A DNA stretch of 64,000 bases, from positions 366,230 to 430,229 of IMG/VR virus record IMGVR_UViG_3300044796_000657. One strand, 5' to 3'. A program made the position numbers and the translations under genes. The notes beneath the pieces were generated by a model that had not been told where the DNA came from, did not search any database, and saw only the letters and a program-made list of their open reading frames with translations. Of this stretch, positions 10,463 through 20,108 are shown piece after piece (the stretch's first letter is position 1; each line of letters starts with the position of its first letter).

Positions 10463-10980
10463 AAAGAGCGTTCTTTGTAATTGGACCAGAAAGTAGCGGC
10501 ACACGAATGATGACGAGAGCGTTCATTAAATGTGGTGCGTACGGCAGTGGTGGACATCTTCAAATACTGGACGAAGAGGGTTTTAAAGGTGGACACGAAA
10601 TGATCGTTTTTCGTCGGAGTGTTCCTCATGGAAAATTCATGCCCAAGTTGTCCAGACTCGTTGGGCGTATGACAAAAAACAATTACGTTATTACCCCCAT
10701 AGTCATTTTGCGAGATAAGGATGCTTGTGCTGCATCTCAAGTCAAAAATAAACATGCTAAAAATTTAGAAGAGTCTCGTTTGAGTATTGAAGAAGCAGTT
10801 AATCATATTTACTCGGAATTGTCTTCTGTCGAGCTCCATCCCATCATCATTCATTATGAACCATTCGTGAAAAATCAGGATGTTCGTAAGGCTTTTTTCA
10901 CATCGTTAGGTCTCTCAGTACCTCAGATGGAATTCTACGATGGTAACGAACAGTACAAAGAAAATAATGAGAGTGACTAA
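10459..10980 (+). CDS. sulfotransferase/P-loop-like protein (paralog 2)
   Basis: FVIGPESSGTRM, ILRDKDA, YEPFV; tandem paralog. Confidence 0.6.
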   Translation: MKRAFFVIGPESSGTRMMTRAFIKCGAYGSGGHLQILDEEGFKGGHEMIVFRRSVPHGKFMPKLSRLVGRMTKNNYVITPIVILRDKDACAASQVKNKHAKNLEESRLSIEEAVNHIYSELSSVELHPIIIHYEPFVKNQDVRKAFFTSLGLSVPQMEFYDGNEQYKENNESD

Positions 10981-11008
10981 TTTAAGTTATTCTCATTTAG
11001 GAATCATT

Positions 11009-11785
11009 ATGCCAATTCGTTTAAAGACTCATTCAACAATTAATCGTGGTTACGGCTGGAAGCGTGGACTCCCCGACCAAAGAAAACCATTCTGTAATAT
11101 CACCTTTGCCGGTGATCTGCCTTCTAAGGTAGATTTGCGTGACAAGTGTCCGGCAGTTTACGATCAAGGCGACTTGGGCAGTTGTACAGCAAATGCTCTC
11201 GCTGGCCTTTCCGAATTCTTAATGATCAAACAAGGTTTGACTCCTTATGTCCCTTCAAGATTGTTCATTTATTATAATGAAAGAGCGATTGAAGGCAGCA
11301 TTAGTGACGATGCCGGTGCTTCGTTAAGTGACGGCGCTTCGGTCATGGGAACCTTCGGTGCTCCTCATGAATCGTTGTGGTGGTACAATACCGCCAAGTT
11401 CAAAACCAAACCCAATAAGTCTGTTTATACAGACGGTGCCAAACATCGACTTCACGAAGTTACCCGTGTTCAACAGAATCTTGATGCTTTCCGCAAAGTA
11501 CTAGCTAGTGGCGTACCTTTCGTCGGCGGCTTCACTGTTTACAGTAGCTTTGAATCACCTTCGGTAGCTGCCAATGGCATTGTTTCAATGCCTAGCGTTG
11601 ATGAAGACGTTTTAGGTGGACACGCAATTCTAATTGTAGGATACGATGATGTGGCCCGCCACTTTATCGTACGCAACAGTTGGGGATCAGGTTGGGGCGA
11701 TAAGGGTTATTTCTATATGCCTTACGACTACCTGCTCAGTAGCGATCTGGCAGATGATTTTTGGACTGCGAGCAAGATAGATTGA
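11009..11785 (+). CDS. papain-like cysteine peptidase (C1)
   Basis: YDQGDLGSCTANA, GGHAILIVGYDD, RNSWGSGWGDKGYF. Confidence 0.92.
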   Translation: MPIRLKTHSTINRGYGWKRGLPDQRKPFCNITFAGDLPSKVDLRDKCPAVYDQGDLGSCTANALAGLSEFLMIKQGLTPYVPSRLFIYYNERAIEGSISDDAGASLSDGASVMGTFGAPHESLWWYNTAKFKTKPNKSVYTDGAKHRLHEVTRVQQNLDAFRKVLASGVPFVGGFTVYSSFESPSVAANGIVSMPSVDEDVLGGHAILIVGYDDVARHFIVRNSWGSGWGDKGYFYMPYDYLLSSDLADDFWTASKID

Positions 11786-11819
11786 GTCCAGAAATCACTT
11801 CTAGTGTCTACATAATTAT

Positions 11820-12389
11820 ATGAAAATAGCAATTGAAGACATTGATTTTGAATTTATTCTCAATGATAAGATGTTTTTGGGAACTCTTTGTAAACGTGGA
11901 CATGATTACGAAAATACCGGCAAGAGTCCGAGGTATAAAAAAGTACCCGGCTCTTGTCGTATTTGTCATGAAATTCGTCGGCGACAATGGTTGGTAGAAA
12001 ACTCTTCAAGAATGAAGGAGCTTCAACGCACATGGAATTCTTCGCATAAAAAACATCATGCTGAGTGGAAGAGAAAATTCCGTAAACAAAAACCATTTTT
12101 GAGATATTTGGGTCGGGCGAGACGTGTATCTCACATAAAAGAAAATTTAATTGATGCTTCTTATCTAGAGGAGCAATGGTTCAAACAAGATGGCAAATGC
12201 TATTGGCTAAAAGTTAACTTAGAAATTGAAGCAGCGTCAAATTCACTTACAAAAGCCACACTTGATCGCCTCATTCCAGAAATGGGCTATACAAAAGAGA
12301 ATGTCGTATGGGCAAGCAGATTCGCCAATATTGGTAGAGGCAATGTTCCCGTTAAAGATTTCACGGCATTCTTGCAAGTAATTTTATAA
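11820..12389 (+). CDS. putative HNH/EndoVII-like endonuclease
   Basis: CKRGH..CRIC N-terminus; CYW...TLDRLIPEMGYTKENVVWASRFANIGRG. Confidence 0.65.
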   Translation: MKIAIEDIDFEFILNDKMFLGTLCKRGHDYENTGKSPRYKKVPGSCRICHEIRRRQWLVENSSRMKELQRTWNSSHKKHHAEWKRKFRKQKPFLRYLGRARRVSHIKENLIDASYLEEQWFKQDGKCYWLKVNLEIEAASNSLTKATLDRLIPEMGYTKENVVWASRFANIGRGNVPVKDFTAFLQVIL

Positions 12390-12427
12390 TAAATCGAGAT
12401 TTTATAGGTTTGGTTGATAGATAATGT

Positions 12428-13117
12428 ATGAAAAATAAATTAATGACAATTGGCGAATTGGCCGAAAGGTTATCCGTGAGTCCTGATGCAATCCGCAAAT
12501 GGGAGCAGCGAGGATTGGTTAACTCAGCAAAAACTATGGGTGGTCATAGAAGATATACTGAATATGAAGCAGAGCGACTGCAACATCAAATGAACTTTCC
12601 ACTTGAAAAAGGATTTTTTTCTGAAGTGACTGATGCTTGGCATCGAAAATCGAAATTTATTTCTTGGAAAAAGTTTGTTGCCTCTCACGATTCCGAAGAA
12701 AAAAATAAACTCGGTAAGTGTCAAGGCTCTAAGATGGCTTTACTTGCTTTAGAAAAATTGGCTGACGCAGATTGGGAATCTATCGACAAAATAGATGAAG
12801 CTTTAGAACCAATTTATGATTGGTATCGTCAAAATAGAGAATACTATTGGGAAACATTTTGTATTGGGTTACCCATGACACCAGAAAGACAAAATGTTGG
12901 GTATCAACTAGACGGCATATATCAAACTCTTTGGGGTATGCTTGGTATAGCAAGCAATGGTGAAAAAAGTGTTTTAGAAGGCAACGGGTCATTTCCACAT
13001 GAAAGAGATCGCATTAAGCTTGCCATTAAAAATGGATGGGACGGCAAAGGCAGTATTCATGATTGGCAGCAAAAACGTCTCTTTGAAAGAATTAAGCAAT
13101 ATGGTGAGCAAAATTGA
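12428..13117 (+). CDS. MerR-family HTH protein with unknown C-terminal domain
   Basis: MTIGELAERLSVSPDAIRKWEQRGLV...GGHRRY. Confidence 0.8.
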   Translation: MKNKLMTIGELAERLSVSPDAIRKWEQRGLVNSAKTMGGHRRYTEYEAERLQHQMNFPLEKGFFSEVTDAWHRKSKFISWKKFVASHDSEEKNKLGKCQGSKMALLALEKLADADWESIDKIDEALEPIYDWYRQNREYYWETFCIGLPMTPERQNVGYQLDGIYQTLWGMLGIASNGEKSVLEGNGSFPHERDRIKLAIKNGWDGKGSIHDWQQKRLFERIKQYGEQN

Positions 13118-13123
13118 CTAAAA

Positions 13124-13159
13124 CAAAAAAAGCCCGGCAATGCCGGGCTTTTTTTTTAT
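13124..13159. terminator. bidirectional intrinsic terminator
   Basis: aaaaaaagcccggca-a-tgccgggctttttttt between convergent genes. Confidence 0.85.
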
Positions 13160-13710
13160 TACTCATCACTCTCTTCTGAACCACCCGAACTTGATGAAAT
13201 GCCTTCTTCATCCTCTTCTTCCAATTCCGCTAATTCTTCCGTTGGAACTTCAACATCGTCGGACATCACTTTGAACTCTTCGCATTGAGGAATGGATTTG
13301 CTCTTCAGCCAATCGTGGAATACCATTAACAATTGTTTCCATACTTCTTCGGTCATTGCCATATAGACTTCGGAAGACACGATCAAGTTAATGGCGTCGT
13401 ATCTCGCTTCATCTTCTTCCGACAAATAAGCCTGGCCGGGAACAAAGATTGCGCCGTGAGTATCGGCCAATAGTTTTTCGTCAGTTGTTTCTTTGAACCA
13501 CAACCAAGGAAAATACCATTCACCTGTCTTTGTCTTCAATCGCCCTACGTATGACTCTTCGGGATTAACATCAGGCTCCATTTCGCCCGTTACAGTAAAG
13601 ACGATTTTACCGCAAAAGTAATTTTCATCATCTGTAGTGATATTGAAAAAATCCACAGGATAGTCATAATCACCTATCTTGAATGTTCCGCTACCAGTTG
13701 TTTCGCTCAT
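13159..13710 (-). CDS. acidic hypothetical protein
   Basis: ORF 183 aa with Glu-rich tail. Confidence 0.65.
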   Translation of the reverse strand: MSETTGSGTFKIGDYDYPVDFFNITTDDENYFCGKIVFTVTGEMEPDVNPEESYVGRLKTKTGEWYFPWLWFKETTDEKLLADTHGAIFVPGQAYLSEEDEARYDAINLIVSSEVYMAMTEEVWKQLLMVFHDWLKSKSIPQCEEFKVMSDDVEVPTEELAELEEEDEEGISSSSGGSEESDE

Positions 13711-13754
13711 TGTTATTTACCTTGTGTATTTGACCTCAATAACAAAGTGTCATC

Positions 13755-14504
13755 GTGCAAAATCTCACCGAAACTCGAATGACTTTTGAACAGGCATACA
13801 AAAATGCCATCATGAACTCCGCTCTTTACGAACTAAAGGAAAATTCCAAAGGGCAGCAACCATCCCTCGCAGCAGTAGAAGCAGCAGCAAAGCAAGATGC
13901 TGCTACGATCCACGGCTTAGTTGATGATCTTTGTAAAGATATGACACTTTTGTTTGGTAAACCTTTTAAGCGGCAGAGCATGTTACATGTTTTCACCTCT
14001 TTTATGTTTATAGGTGTTGGTCAACCACTTAACTATGCGATCAATAACTACAACACATTTTTATCTGGATACATGAACGGCGTTATACAAACCATATCCC
14101 ACTATCGTAAATTGAAATGGGTTGGGTCAGATGTTTTGATCGACAATATCGTGATCAAAAATGCCGAAATTAATGTTTCTAAAAATTTGAATGGTAATTT
14201 ACAGAAAACGAAATTTAATTATGAACCTTATGTTCTCCAAGGCGAAAACAAAAAATCTGTTGTTGCGATCCGCTTCGGGTCAGCATGGAGCAAGATCGGT
14301 CTCGTAAAAAATATTCAGAAAATGTATTACTTCTGGATGGGCTTGCCATTAAGTGGTGCAGCATTTACAATTTGGCTGCTGACGAAATTTGAAGATTCTG
14401 TTGTAGTACTGATGTTGAGTATTATCAGCCTGCTTTGCGTGTCATTGACGGTATTGATGGGCATCAATATCTATCAGAAAAACCACAGCCCCATTAAGGT
14501 TTAA
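13755..14504 (+). CDS. membrane protein with two C-terminal TM helices
   Basis: Two hydrophobic segments near C-terminus. Confidence 0.65.
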   Translation: MQNLTETRMTFEQAYKNAIMNSALYELKENSKGQQPSLAAVEAAAKQDAATIHGLVDDLCKDMTLLFGKPFKRQSMLHVFTSFMFIGVGQPLNYAINNYNTFLSGYMNGVIQTISHYRKLKWVGSDVLIDNIVIKNAEINVSKNLNGNLQKTKFNYEPYVLQGENKKSVVAIRFGSAWSKIGLVKNIQKMYYFWMGLPLSGAAFTIWLLTKFEDSVVVLMLSIISLLCVSLTVLMGINIYQKNHSPIKV

Positions 14505-14505
14505 G

Positions 14506-15255
14506 ATGTTCAACTTCCTGAAAAACAAAGTTAATTCCATCAACACCGAAAAGGTGTTTGCTGTTTGCCGATGGTTCAACATTAAGCTTTGTTCGGCCTT
14601 TGGGATCGTGACGACCATTCACTGGTCTGTTCTCGCATTCATATTGGGCCTTGTAGTGTTCAGTGGCACCGAGACAGCGTGGATTTTCGGTATTGCTATG
14701 TTGAGCGTCGTACCGCACGAATACGGCCACTCTTTGGCTGCACTCTATTACGGCATCAAGACTCAACGCATCCTTATTTATCCAGTCGGTGGCGTAGCAC
14801 TTATAGAGAAGATGCCGCCTAAATGGTACCAAGAAACTGTTGTGTCATTGGCAGGCCCGGCAGTGTCACTAGCACTGGCATTGATAGGGTTTTTAGGTGC
14901 GTGGGCCGAAGGCAAAACCAAACTCGTATTACATGATGGTGAGTTGGGAACCACATATGACATACGCAGTTTTTGGTGTGCGTTGTTTTTAGTAAATATC
15001 GGACTCTTCCTCTTTAACATGCTTCCGGCATTCCCAATGGATGGCGGGCGAGTTTTACGATCAGTCTTATCGAGCTTCTTGGGCTTCTTCCGAGCAACAC
15101 AGATCAGTCATTATGTTGCTATGGCATTAGCTGCTTTGATGGGTGTCGTCGGTTTACTAACTGGCGGATTTGGCTTGATAGTGACGGGAGTGCTGGTATA
15201 CTACATGTCGTCGCAGGAGTACAATTCTGCGAAGGCCCAAAGAAATATTTATTGA
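14506..15255 (+). CDS. site-2 protease (M50 intramembrane metalloprotease)
   Basis: HEYGH, AGPAVS, NMLPAFPMDGGR. Confidence 0.92.
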   Translation: MFNFLKNKVNSINTEKVFAVCRWFNIKLCSAFGIVTTIHWSVLAFILGLVVFSGTETAWIFGIAMLSVVPHEYGHSLAALYYGIKTQRILIYPVGGVALIEKMPPKWYQETVVSLAGPAVSLALALIGFLGAWAEGKTKLVLHDGELGTTYDIRSFWCALFLVNIGLFLFNMLPAFPMDGGRVLRSVLSSFLGFFRATQISHYVAMALAALMGVVGLLTGGFGLIVTGVLVYYMSSQEYNSAKAQRNIY

Positions 15256-15280
15256 AAATACAAAAAGGCCACTATATAAT
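15252..15280 (+). promoter_or_regulatory. sigma70-type promoter
   Basis: TTGAAA-17 nt-TATAAT. Confidence 0.75.
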
Positions 15281-15314
15281 CTTGTTGTTGGAACACCGTT
15301 TTAGAGAATTACAA

Positions 15315-15486
15315 ATGTCATCGAGCTACGAGCATAAATCTGGAAATCAAGGCTGGCACATCGCCAAGCGTCCAGAATGCGCACAGCCTACCACCAACAC
15401 ATAGTCTCAGGTCTTATATGAACCTGAGTTAAACACTCGGTTCAGTAAAAACTTTTTTACCCATCCGAGTTCCGGATGGGTTTTTT
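15315..15486 (+). promoter_or_regulatory. putative leader peptide plus attenuator
   Basis: 29-aa ORF 15315-15404, then mutually exclusive hairpins and terminator acccatccg-agttc-cggatgggt-tttttt. Confidence 0.55.
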
Positions 15487-15514
15487 GTTTTGTATATGGT
15501 AAACTGGTTAGACC

Positions 15515-16894
15515 ATGATACCAGAATTGAAAATCGTGAGATGCATTAGTCCACAGCAAGAAACTGTGGACATGCGACCCCAAGAACTTTTAGAAGTTGT
15601 CTTGGTGGGACATAGCAATGCGAGGTGGGCGTACTTAAATCCGTCTAACACCAGCTTGCCAAGACTGAGAGTTGTAAGACAAGAAACCTCCGTAGATGAT
15701 GGTTTCAAAAGAGGCGGCAGATTGAACTTTAAGGTTCAAAGAGCAGCCCGAAAGCCTTGTGAATGGCAACATCATTTTTGGTTCCGTATAGAGCCAAGTG
15801 ATGTACGAAAACTGGAAGACGCTCTCGAAGGCAGAGGTTCATTTGAGATAGCTCATTTGATGTTCTCGGTAATGGTTAACGACAAACTGAGAACGGTTGC
15901 GGATTTGCGGGTGAATGTTATAGCCGAAAAAGAAGACAAAGAGGAATACTTTGAACTTCTTAACGGTACGAACTTCGCAGGCAAAGATCCGATTTTGAAT
16001 GAGGGTTTGTCAAGCGGATCAAGCGGTAGAGTCTTCAAACTTGAAGATGGTTACATGCTCAATCCTTCGAATGAGCAAGTGATTTTTGAGAGAAATGAGC
16101 AACAGATGCTCGCTGAATTTGCTGCACCACCCAAGCATCAAATTAAGAATAGACGATGGGTGTATAGAGCCGAAAATCAATGGGATGGAATGTCGGTCAA
16201 TGAATTGCCTCCGAGGCAAATCAATGGCCAAATCATTCAAAGGTTCATGATTCAGAATTTGAATAGCTCCGCTTTGATCGGAGTCGCCTGCCGCAAGATG
16301 GGCAAGATTCTGTTTACCATAGTTGATGGCGAAAATGCTCGATATTCCGCTTTTGATCGGAAGCTCGATGTGATCGTCACAAACCAGCGGGAGCTTGGAC
16401 AAGAGTTTGTAGCCACGGAAGACGATGACTTACTTGAGTTAACAGAGAACGTTGCCAAAGAGGCATGGTTAAGTAAGTTCGCAAGAGACTACAAGGAGAG
16501 ACGTACCGCTCGATCAAAAGTCGTGATCGATGAGCTTGAATGCTTCAATCATGACTTAGGACACGGACTGTATGTAAAAAGTTTGGAAAGTATGGACTTG
16601 AAAACAGTCTTTGATGCAAGGGATTTGGATGTAATCTATCTTCCAGAACATCAGGATTTGTTGATCATCCTACCGTCCAATCCGGATGCAAGATGGATGC
16701 TTGAAAACCAAGAGCAATTTCTAAAAACTTTGCTTGCTTTGAATGATGGGAATCGACAACGATTTACTTTCTGTCATAATGACAAAAAGGGCGAGTGTAA
16801 TAATTTGACTTTCCGTGTAGGGAAGATAACGAGACGAGTTTACGTCAGAAGGAAACGAGAAACGGTTTACGATGTAGACCGATACCCAGACTAG
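15515..16894 (+). CDS. hypothetical protein (459 aa)
   Basis: Long ORF directly after the attenuator-like leader. Confidence 0.8.
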   Translation: MIPELKIVRCISPQQETVDMRPQELLEVVLVGHSNARWAYLNPSNTSLPRLRVVRQETSVDDGFKRGGRLNFKVQRAARKPCEWQHHFWFRIEPSDVRKLEDALEGRGSFEIAHLMFSVMVNDKLRTVADLRVNVIAEKEDKEEYFELLNGTNFAGKDPILNEGLSSGSSGRVFKLEDGYMLNPSNEQVIFERNEQQMLAEFAAPPKHQIKNRRWVYRAENQWDGMSVNELPPRQINGQIIQRFMIQNLNSSALIGVACRKMGKILFTIVDGENARYSAFDRKLDVIVTNQRELGQEFVATEDDDLLELTENVAKEAWLSKFARDYKERRTARSKVVIDELECFNHDLGHGLYVKSLESMDLKTVFDARDLDVIYLPEHQDLLIILPSNPDARWMLENQEQFLKTLLALNDGNRQRFTFCHNDKKGECNNLTFRVGKITRRVYVRRKRETVYDVDRYPD

Positions 16895-16905
16895 AGGTAA
16901 AAGCC

Positions 16906-17184
16906 ATGAAATTCAGCAAAGTTGAAACTTATGAAAATTGGTGTAATATCGACAGACTGAACGACAAGGAATTCGTCAACGGTGAAGCAGTAGAAGTTCA
17001 ATGGCCGGATGGAACCACGACAACCGAAAAGATCGTGTACGATAAAGACTCAAAGGTACTCAATGACGCAGGGGAAGATTACCTTGCCAGAGACTACAAA
17101 GCCTTTATTAAAGCGGATGTGCGAGGCAGCAAAGTTAAAGTTCCACTTCGGAAATCAGACATCTTGCTGAGACGCTTGGGATAA
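16906..17184 (+). CDS. hypothetical protein
   Basis: ORF with GAGG SD. Confidence 0.65.
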   Translation: MKFSKVETYENWCNIDRLNDKEFVNGEAVEVQWPDGTTTTEKIVYDKDSKVLNDAGEDYLARDYKAFIKADVRGSKVKVPLRKSDILLRRLG

Positions 17185-17190
17185 ACAACC

Positions 17191-17258
17191 GGGTCTACTT
17201 GCGGGCAAGCTCTGGGTTTTGCAAATCCGGCAACGGGGTTCAACTCCCCGTAGATCCA
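17191..17258 (+). tRNA. atypical tRNA-Ala(UGC)-like, compact D-arm
   Basis: Acceptor gggtcta/tagatcc with G3:U70 and A73; loop tt-tgc-aa; T-arm cgggg-ttcaact-ccccg. Confidence 0.6.
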
Positions 17259-17272
17259 CTAGGAGAAGAAAA

Positions 17273-17467
17273 ATGTTTCACGTATTCAAATGCGACAATG
17301 GAACAGTGATTGCGGTTCATGTTAATAAGTATGGGGACATTAGTGTTTACGATAAGGTGAACCCTAAAGAACTCAAAGAGGTTGGAACATTTGAAGCAGA
17401 TGGTGTTTCAGATTTCAATCACGGCATGAGGCGGGCAATAGAAGTAGCAATGGATGAAGGGGCATAA
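17273..17467 (+). CDS. small hypothetical protein
   Basis: AGGAG SD then ATG 17273. Confidence 0.6.
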   Translation: MFHVFKCDNGTVIAVHVNKYGDISVYDKVNPKELKEVGTFEADGVSDFNHGMRRAIEVAMDEGA

Positions 17468-17472
17468 AACAT

Positions 17473-17545
17473 GCCTTCGTAACTCAACTGGCAGAGTAGC
17501 GGTCTTTTAAACCGAAGGTTGTGGGTTCGACTCCCACCGATGGCA
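17473..17545 (+). tRNA. tRNA-Lys(UUU)
   Basis: Cloverleaf, loop ct-ttt-aa. Confidence 0.9.
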
Positions 17546-17597
17546 CTAACATTCAATCGAAAGATTGAAGTTCTTTGACAACTTAGTTTTTATTTTT

Positions 17598-17665
17598 GAA
17601 CCATCCGGCGGATCGGCGCTAAGTTTGCGAAATTTGGATGGCAAGTTCGACTCTTGCATGGTTCA
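17598..17665 (+). tRNA. atypical tRNA-Arg(GCG)-like, compact D-arm
   Basis: Acceptor gaaccat/atggttc; loop tt-gcg-aa; T-arm gcaag-ttcgact-cttgc. Confidence 0.55.
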
Positions 17666-17811
17666 CTTTGACTAACTCTGTGAAGCGGAGCGGTAGCATA
17701 ACCCCTACCGGTTTAATGAGTGTAGGCTGTGGCAGGCGAAATAACGCTAAGGCCAATGACACTTAACCTTTATCGTGACATTAAGATGATGATAAAGTGA
17801 ATGTCGAACAT

Positions 17812-17884
17812 GCTCTCATAGCTCAACTGGAAGAGTACCTCGTTTCGACCGAGGCGGTTGTAAGTTCAACTCTTACTGAGAGTA
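17812..17884 (+). tRNA. tRNA-Arg(UCG)
   Basis: cctcg-tt-tcg-ac-cgagg. Confidence 0.9.
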
Positions 17885-17955
17885 CTAAGGCGACGACTGC
17901 CTTTCAAATGATAGAGCCTTCAACGGTTTAGTGCCTTTTGATAAATGTCGTAATT

Positions 17956-18028
17956 GATCCCGTCGCCAAGAGGCTCAAGGCATCGATCTGCAAAATCGAC
18001 ATCGTAGGTTCAAATCCTACCGGGGTCT
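17956..18028 (+). tRNA. tRNA-Cys(GCA)
   Basis: tcgat-ct-gca-aa-atcga; U73. Confidence 0.9.
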
Positions 18029-18055
18029 CTGTTAACTTTTCAACTAGGAATAACC

Positions 18056-18271
18056 ATGAACGACATTCAACTTCGAACATTAATCGGTCAAACTGTTGGC
18101 GATGCCGAACTTATTGTAATCGCTAATGGATTTACCCCTATGATTTTTGAAGTTAACGAAATCAGAATTAGTTTGGGTTATTCAGCCAATGTGGTAACAT
18201 TAGAACATCAAGACAACATTGTCGTCGGTGCGTACACACAAGCTACCATTGACAGCCAGTACAGGAAATAA
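18056..18271 (+). CDS. small hypothetical protein
   Basis: AGGA SD; ORF fills the gap between tRNAs. Confidence 0.6.
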   Translation: MNDIQLRTLIGQTVGDAELIVIANGFTPMIFEVNEIRISLGYSANVVTLEHQDNIVVGAYTQATIDSQYRK

Positions 18272-18277
18272 CATAAT

Positions 18278-18350
18278 GCCACCGTAGCTCAATTGGCAGA
18301 GCAAGTGTCTCTTAAACACGAGGTTGTGGGTTCGACTCCCGCCGATGGCA
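18278..18350 (+). tRNA. tRNA-Lys(CUU)
   Basis: gtgt-ct-ctt-aa-acac. Confidence 0.9.
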
Positions 18351-18370
18351 CTCAACACAAGAGGTTAACA

Positions 18371-19045
18371 ATGTGGGATTTAGAAACGATCAAAAGGATC
18401 AATAAAATCGCACTAGCAAAAGGTAGAAAATCTATGCTTCCTCAAGAAAACGTTTCGGTAGTTGACAAAATTTTGGCATCTACCGAAAAAGCAACCAAAG
18501 GTTATTCCAAGCAAGATAAGGCTTTGGTTTGCTTAATGGCTAAGAATGGATTCTTGAAAGCGTTTTTGGCAACTGCTTCGCTCAAAGAGAAAAGTCTTTG
18601 GCATAAGATTGTTTACAACCTTTTGATGAACGACGTTTATCCGTACATTGAAGAAATGGGCTTTGAAAGATTATACGCTGACACTATTCCCGATTTGATG
18701 AAAGATGATGTTCAAGACATCGCATTTTTGAGATTGCTCAAACTCATCAATGCACAACAAGCTCATCAAATGGTGCGGGATAGTTGGTATCTTGGCGACA
18801 GTCATCAGGCATTGTTCGCCTTGAAGTTAAACGACGATGCCGGTGATGATGAACTTTTGGAAATCATCAAAACCGTTATCGCAGGTAGCGGCAAAGTAGT
18901 CGCTGATTATTATGGTGGAAAAGCTGCTGCTGCTAATAGCTTGTTGGGTCAAACGATCAAGCGAGCAAAAGAAGCAGGCAAGAATACAGACCCGACAAAG
19001 ACCAAAGAGTTAATTGTTAAAACCTTAGATGAGACAAAACCATGA
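18371..19045 (+). CDS. GatB C-terminal/YqeY-like domain protein
   Basis: C-terminal VVADYYGGKAAAANSLLGQTIKRAKEAGKNTDP resembles the GatB tail; start moved past tRNA-Lys. Confidence 0.65.
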   Translation: MWDLETIKRINKIALAKGRKSMLPQENVSVVDKILASTEKATKGYSKQDKALVCLMAKNGFLKAFLATASLKEKSLWHKIVYNLLMNDVYPYIEEMGFERLYADTIPDLMKDDVQDIAFLRLLKLINAQQAHQMVRDSWYLGDSHQALFALKLNDDAGDDELLEIIKTVIAGSGKVVADYYGGKAAAANSLLGQTIKRAKEAGKNTDPTKTKELIVKTLDETKP

Positions 19046-19230
19046 TTTTAGTAGAACTAGATCCGAAAGTCACGCCGAAGTTAGGCGATGCGCAATCAAT
19101 GGGCAGTGTTCAATTGGTGGACATGAAAGATGGTACACACCAAGTAGTTGATCATCTTAAGCGATCTGAACAAAACCTTGCAGACGATCTTCGCAAATGT
19201 GGCGATGTTCGTACCGTCAAGGTAATATGA
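19042..19230 (+). CDS. small hypothetical protein
   Basis: ATGA overlap with the upstream gene. Confidence 0.55.
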   Translation: MILVELDPKVTPKLGDAQSMGSVQLVDMKDGTHQVVDHLKRSEQNLADDLRKCGDVRTVKVI

Positions 19231-19237
19231 AACAAAT

Positions 19238-19307
19238 AGGACGTATTGCGTGGGAGTAACATCGAACTCCAAATCCGAATGAGACGGTTCGAATCCGTCA
19301 CGTCCTA
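19238..19307 (+). tRNA. tRNA-Trp(CCA), shortened D-region
   Basis: aggacgt/acgtcct; loop ct-cca-aa; T-arm gacgg-ttcgaat-ccgtc. Confidence 0.7.
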
Positions 19308-19323
19308 CTTAGAAAAGAGGAAA

Positions 19324-19689
19324 ATGTCTTCACAAGATTGGAAAGATAGCAATGCTGACAAATTACGTCTTTATCGACGTGAGTGGTATCATCGCAACAA
19401 AGAAAAAGAAATTGAAAGGATAGTTGCTCGCAAAAAAGAAATGCGAACTTGGTTAAATGAATACAAATCTAATCTTGCTTGCAAAGCTTGTGGTGAAAAT
19501 CATATAGGATGCTTGGAATTTCATCATAAAAATAGCGAAGATAAAGATGTAGCTATAGCAATTGCTATGCAGCGTGGGTACAGTAAAAAAAGAATTATGG
19601 AAGAAATGGCCAAATGCGAAGTACTATGTGCAAATTGTCATAGAAAATTACATTGGGAAAATGGGAAAAAGGGCCAAATCGAATATTAA
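19324..19689 (+). CDS. HNH endonuclease
   Basis: CKACGENHIGCLEFHH...KCEVLCANCHRKLH. Confidence 0.85.
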   Translation: MSSQDWKDSNADKLRLYRREWYHRNKEKEIERIVARKKEMRTWLNEYKSNLACKACGENHIGCLEFHHKNSEDKDVAIAIAMQRGYSKKRIMEEMAKCEVLCANCHRKLHWENGKKGQIEY

Positions 19690-19703
19690 CCAAAAGGTGC
19701 TTT

Positions 19704-20108
19704 ATGAGACTTGTCGCTATATTTCATTATCCGGGCTGTTGGGAATGCAGTGGACATGATGAAGTACGCCCGATGGTCTACGAGAGCGCCGAAGCCTTAC
19801 TCGTTCATTTTGACGATAAAATGAAAGCGTACATTGCGGCACAAGAAGCCCAAAAGAAGGCTTATAAGGCATGGGAGAAATTAAAACCGAAGCCTCGCAA
19901 ACACAAACAGCCTTTAACGGAATACGATGAGGCGTTTACCAAATGGTACCAACAACAGCCTAGAAACATGCCGGGTAGTTTGCACATTGAAATTGGCGGC
20001 TATACTTTCTATGCTGAAGACCTGATGAGCGATGGAAAATATCAACTGCCGACGATCTTGACAGTGGATGAATGGTTTGAACAATGGACGATTAGTTCGC
20101 AAGATTGA
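19704..20108 (+). CDS. hypothetical protein
   Basis: ORF with AGGTG SD. Confidence 0.6.
   Translation: MRLVAIFHYPGCWECSGHDEVRPMVYESAEALLVHFDDKMKAYIAAQEAQKKAYKAWEKLKPKPRKHKQPLTEYDEAFTKWYQQQPRNMPGSLHIEIGGYTFYAEDLMSDGKYQLPTILTVDEWFEQWTISSQD

Noticed and set aside
18293-18370. N-terminal extensions of ORFs 18293, 19246, 33903, 41641 and 17219
   Set aside because: They overlap tRNA genes; downstream ATGs are more plausible.
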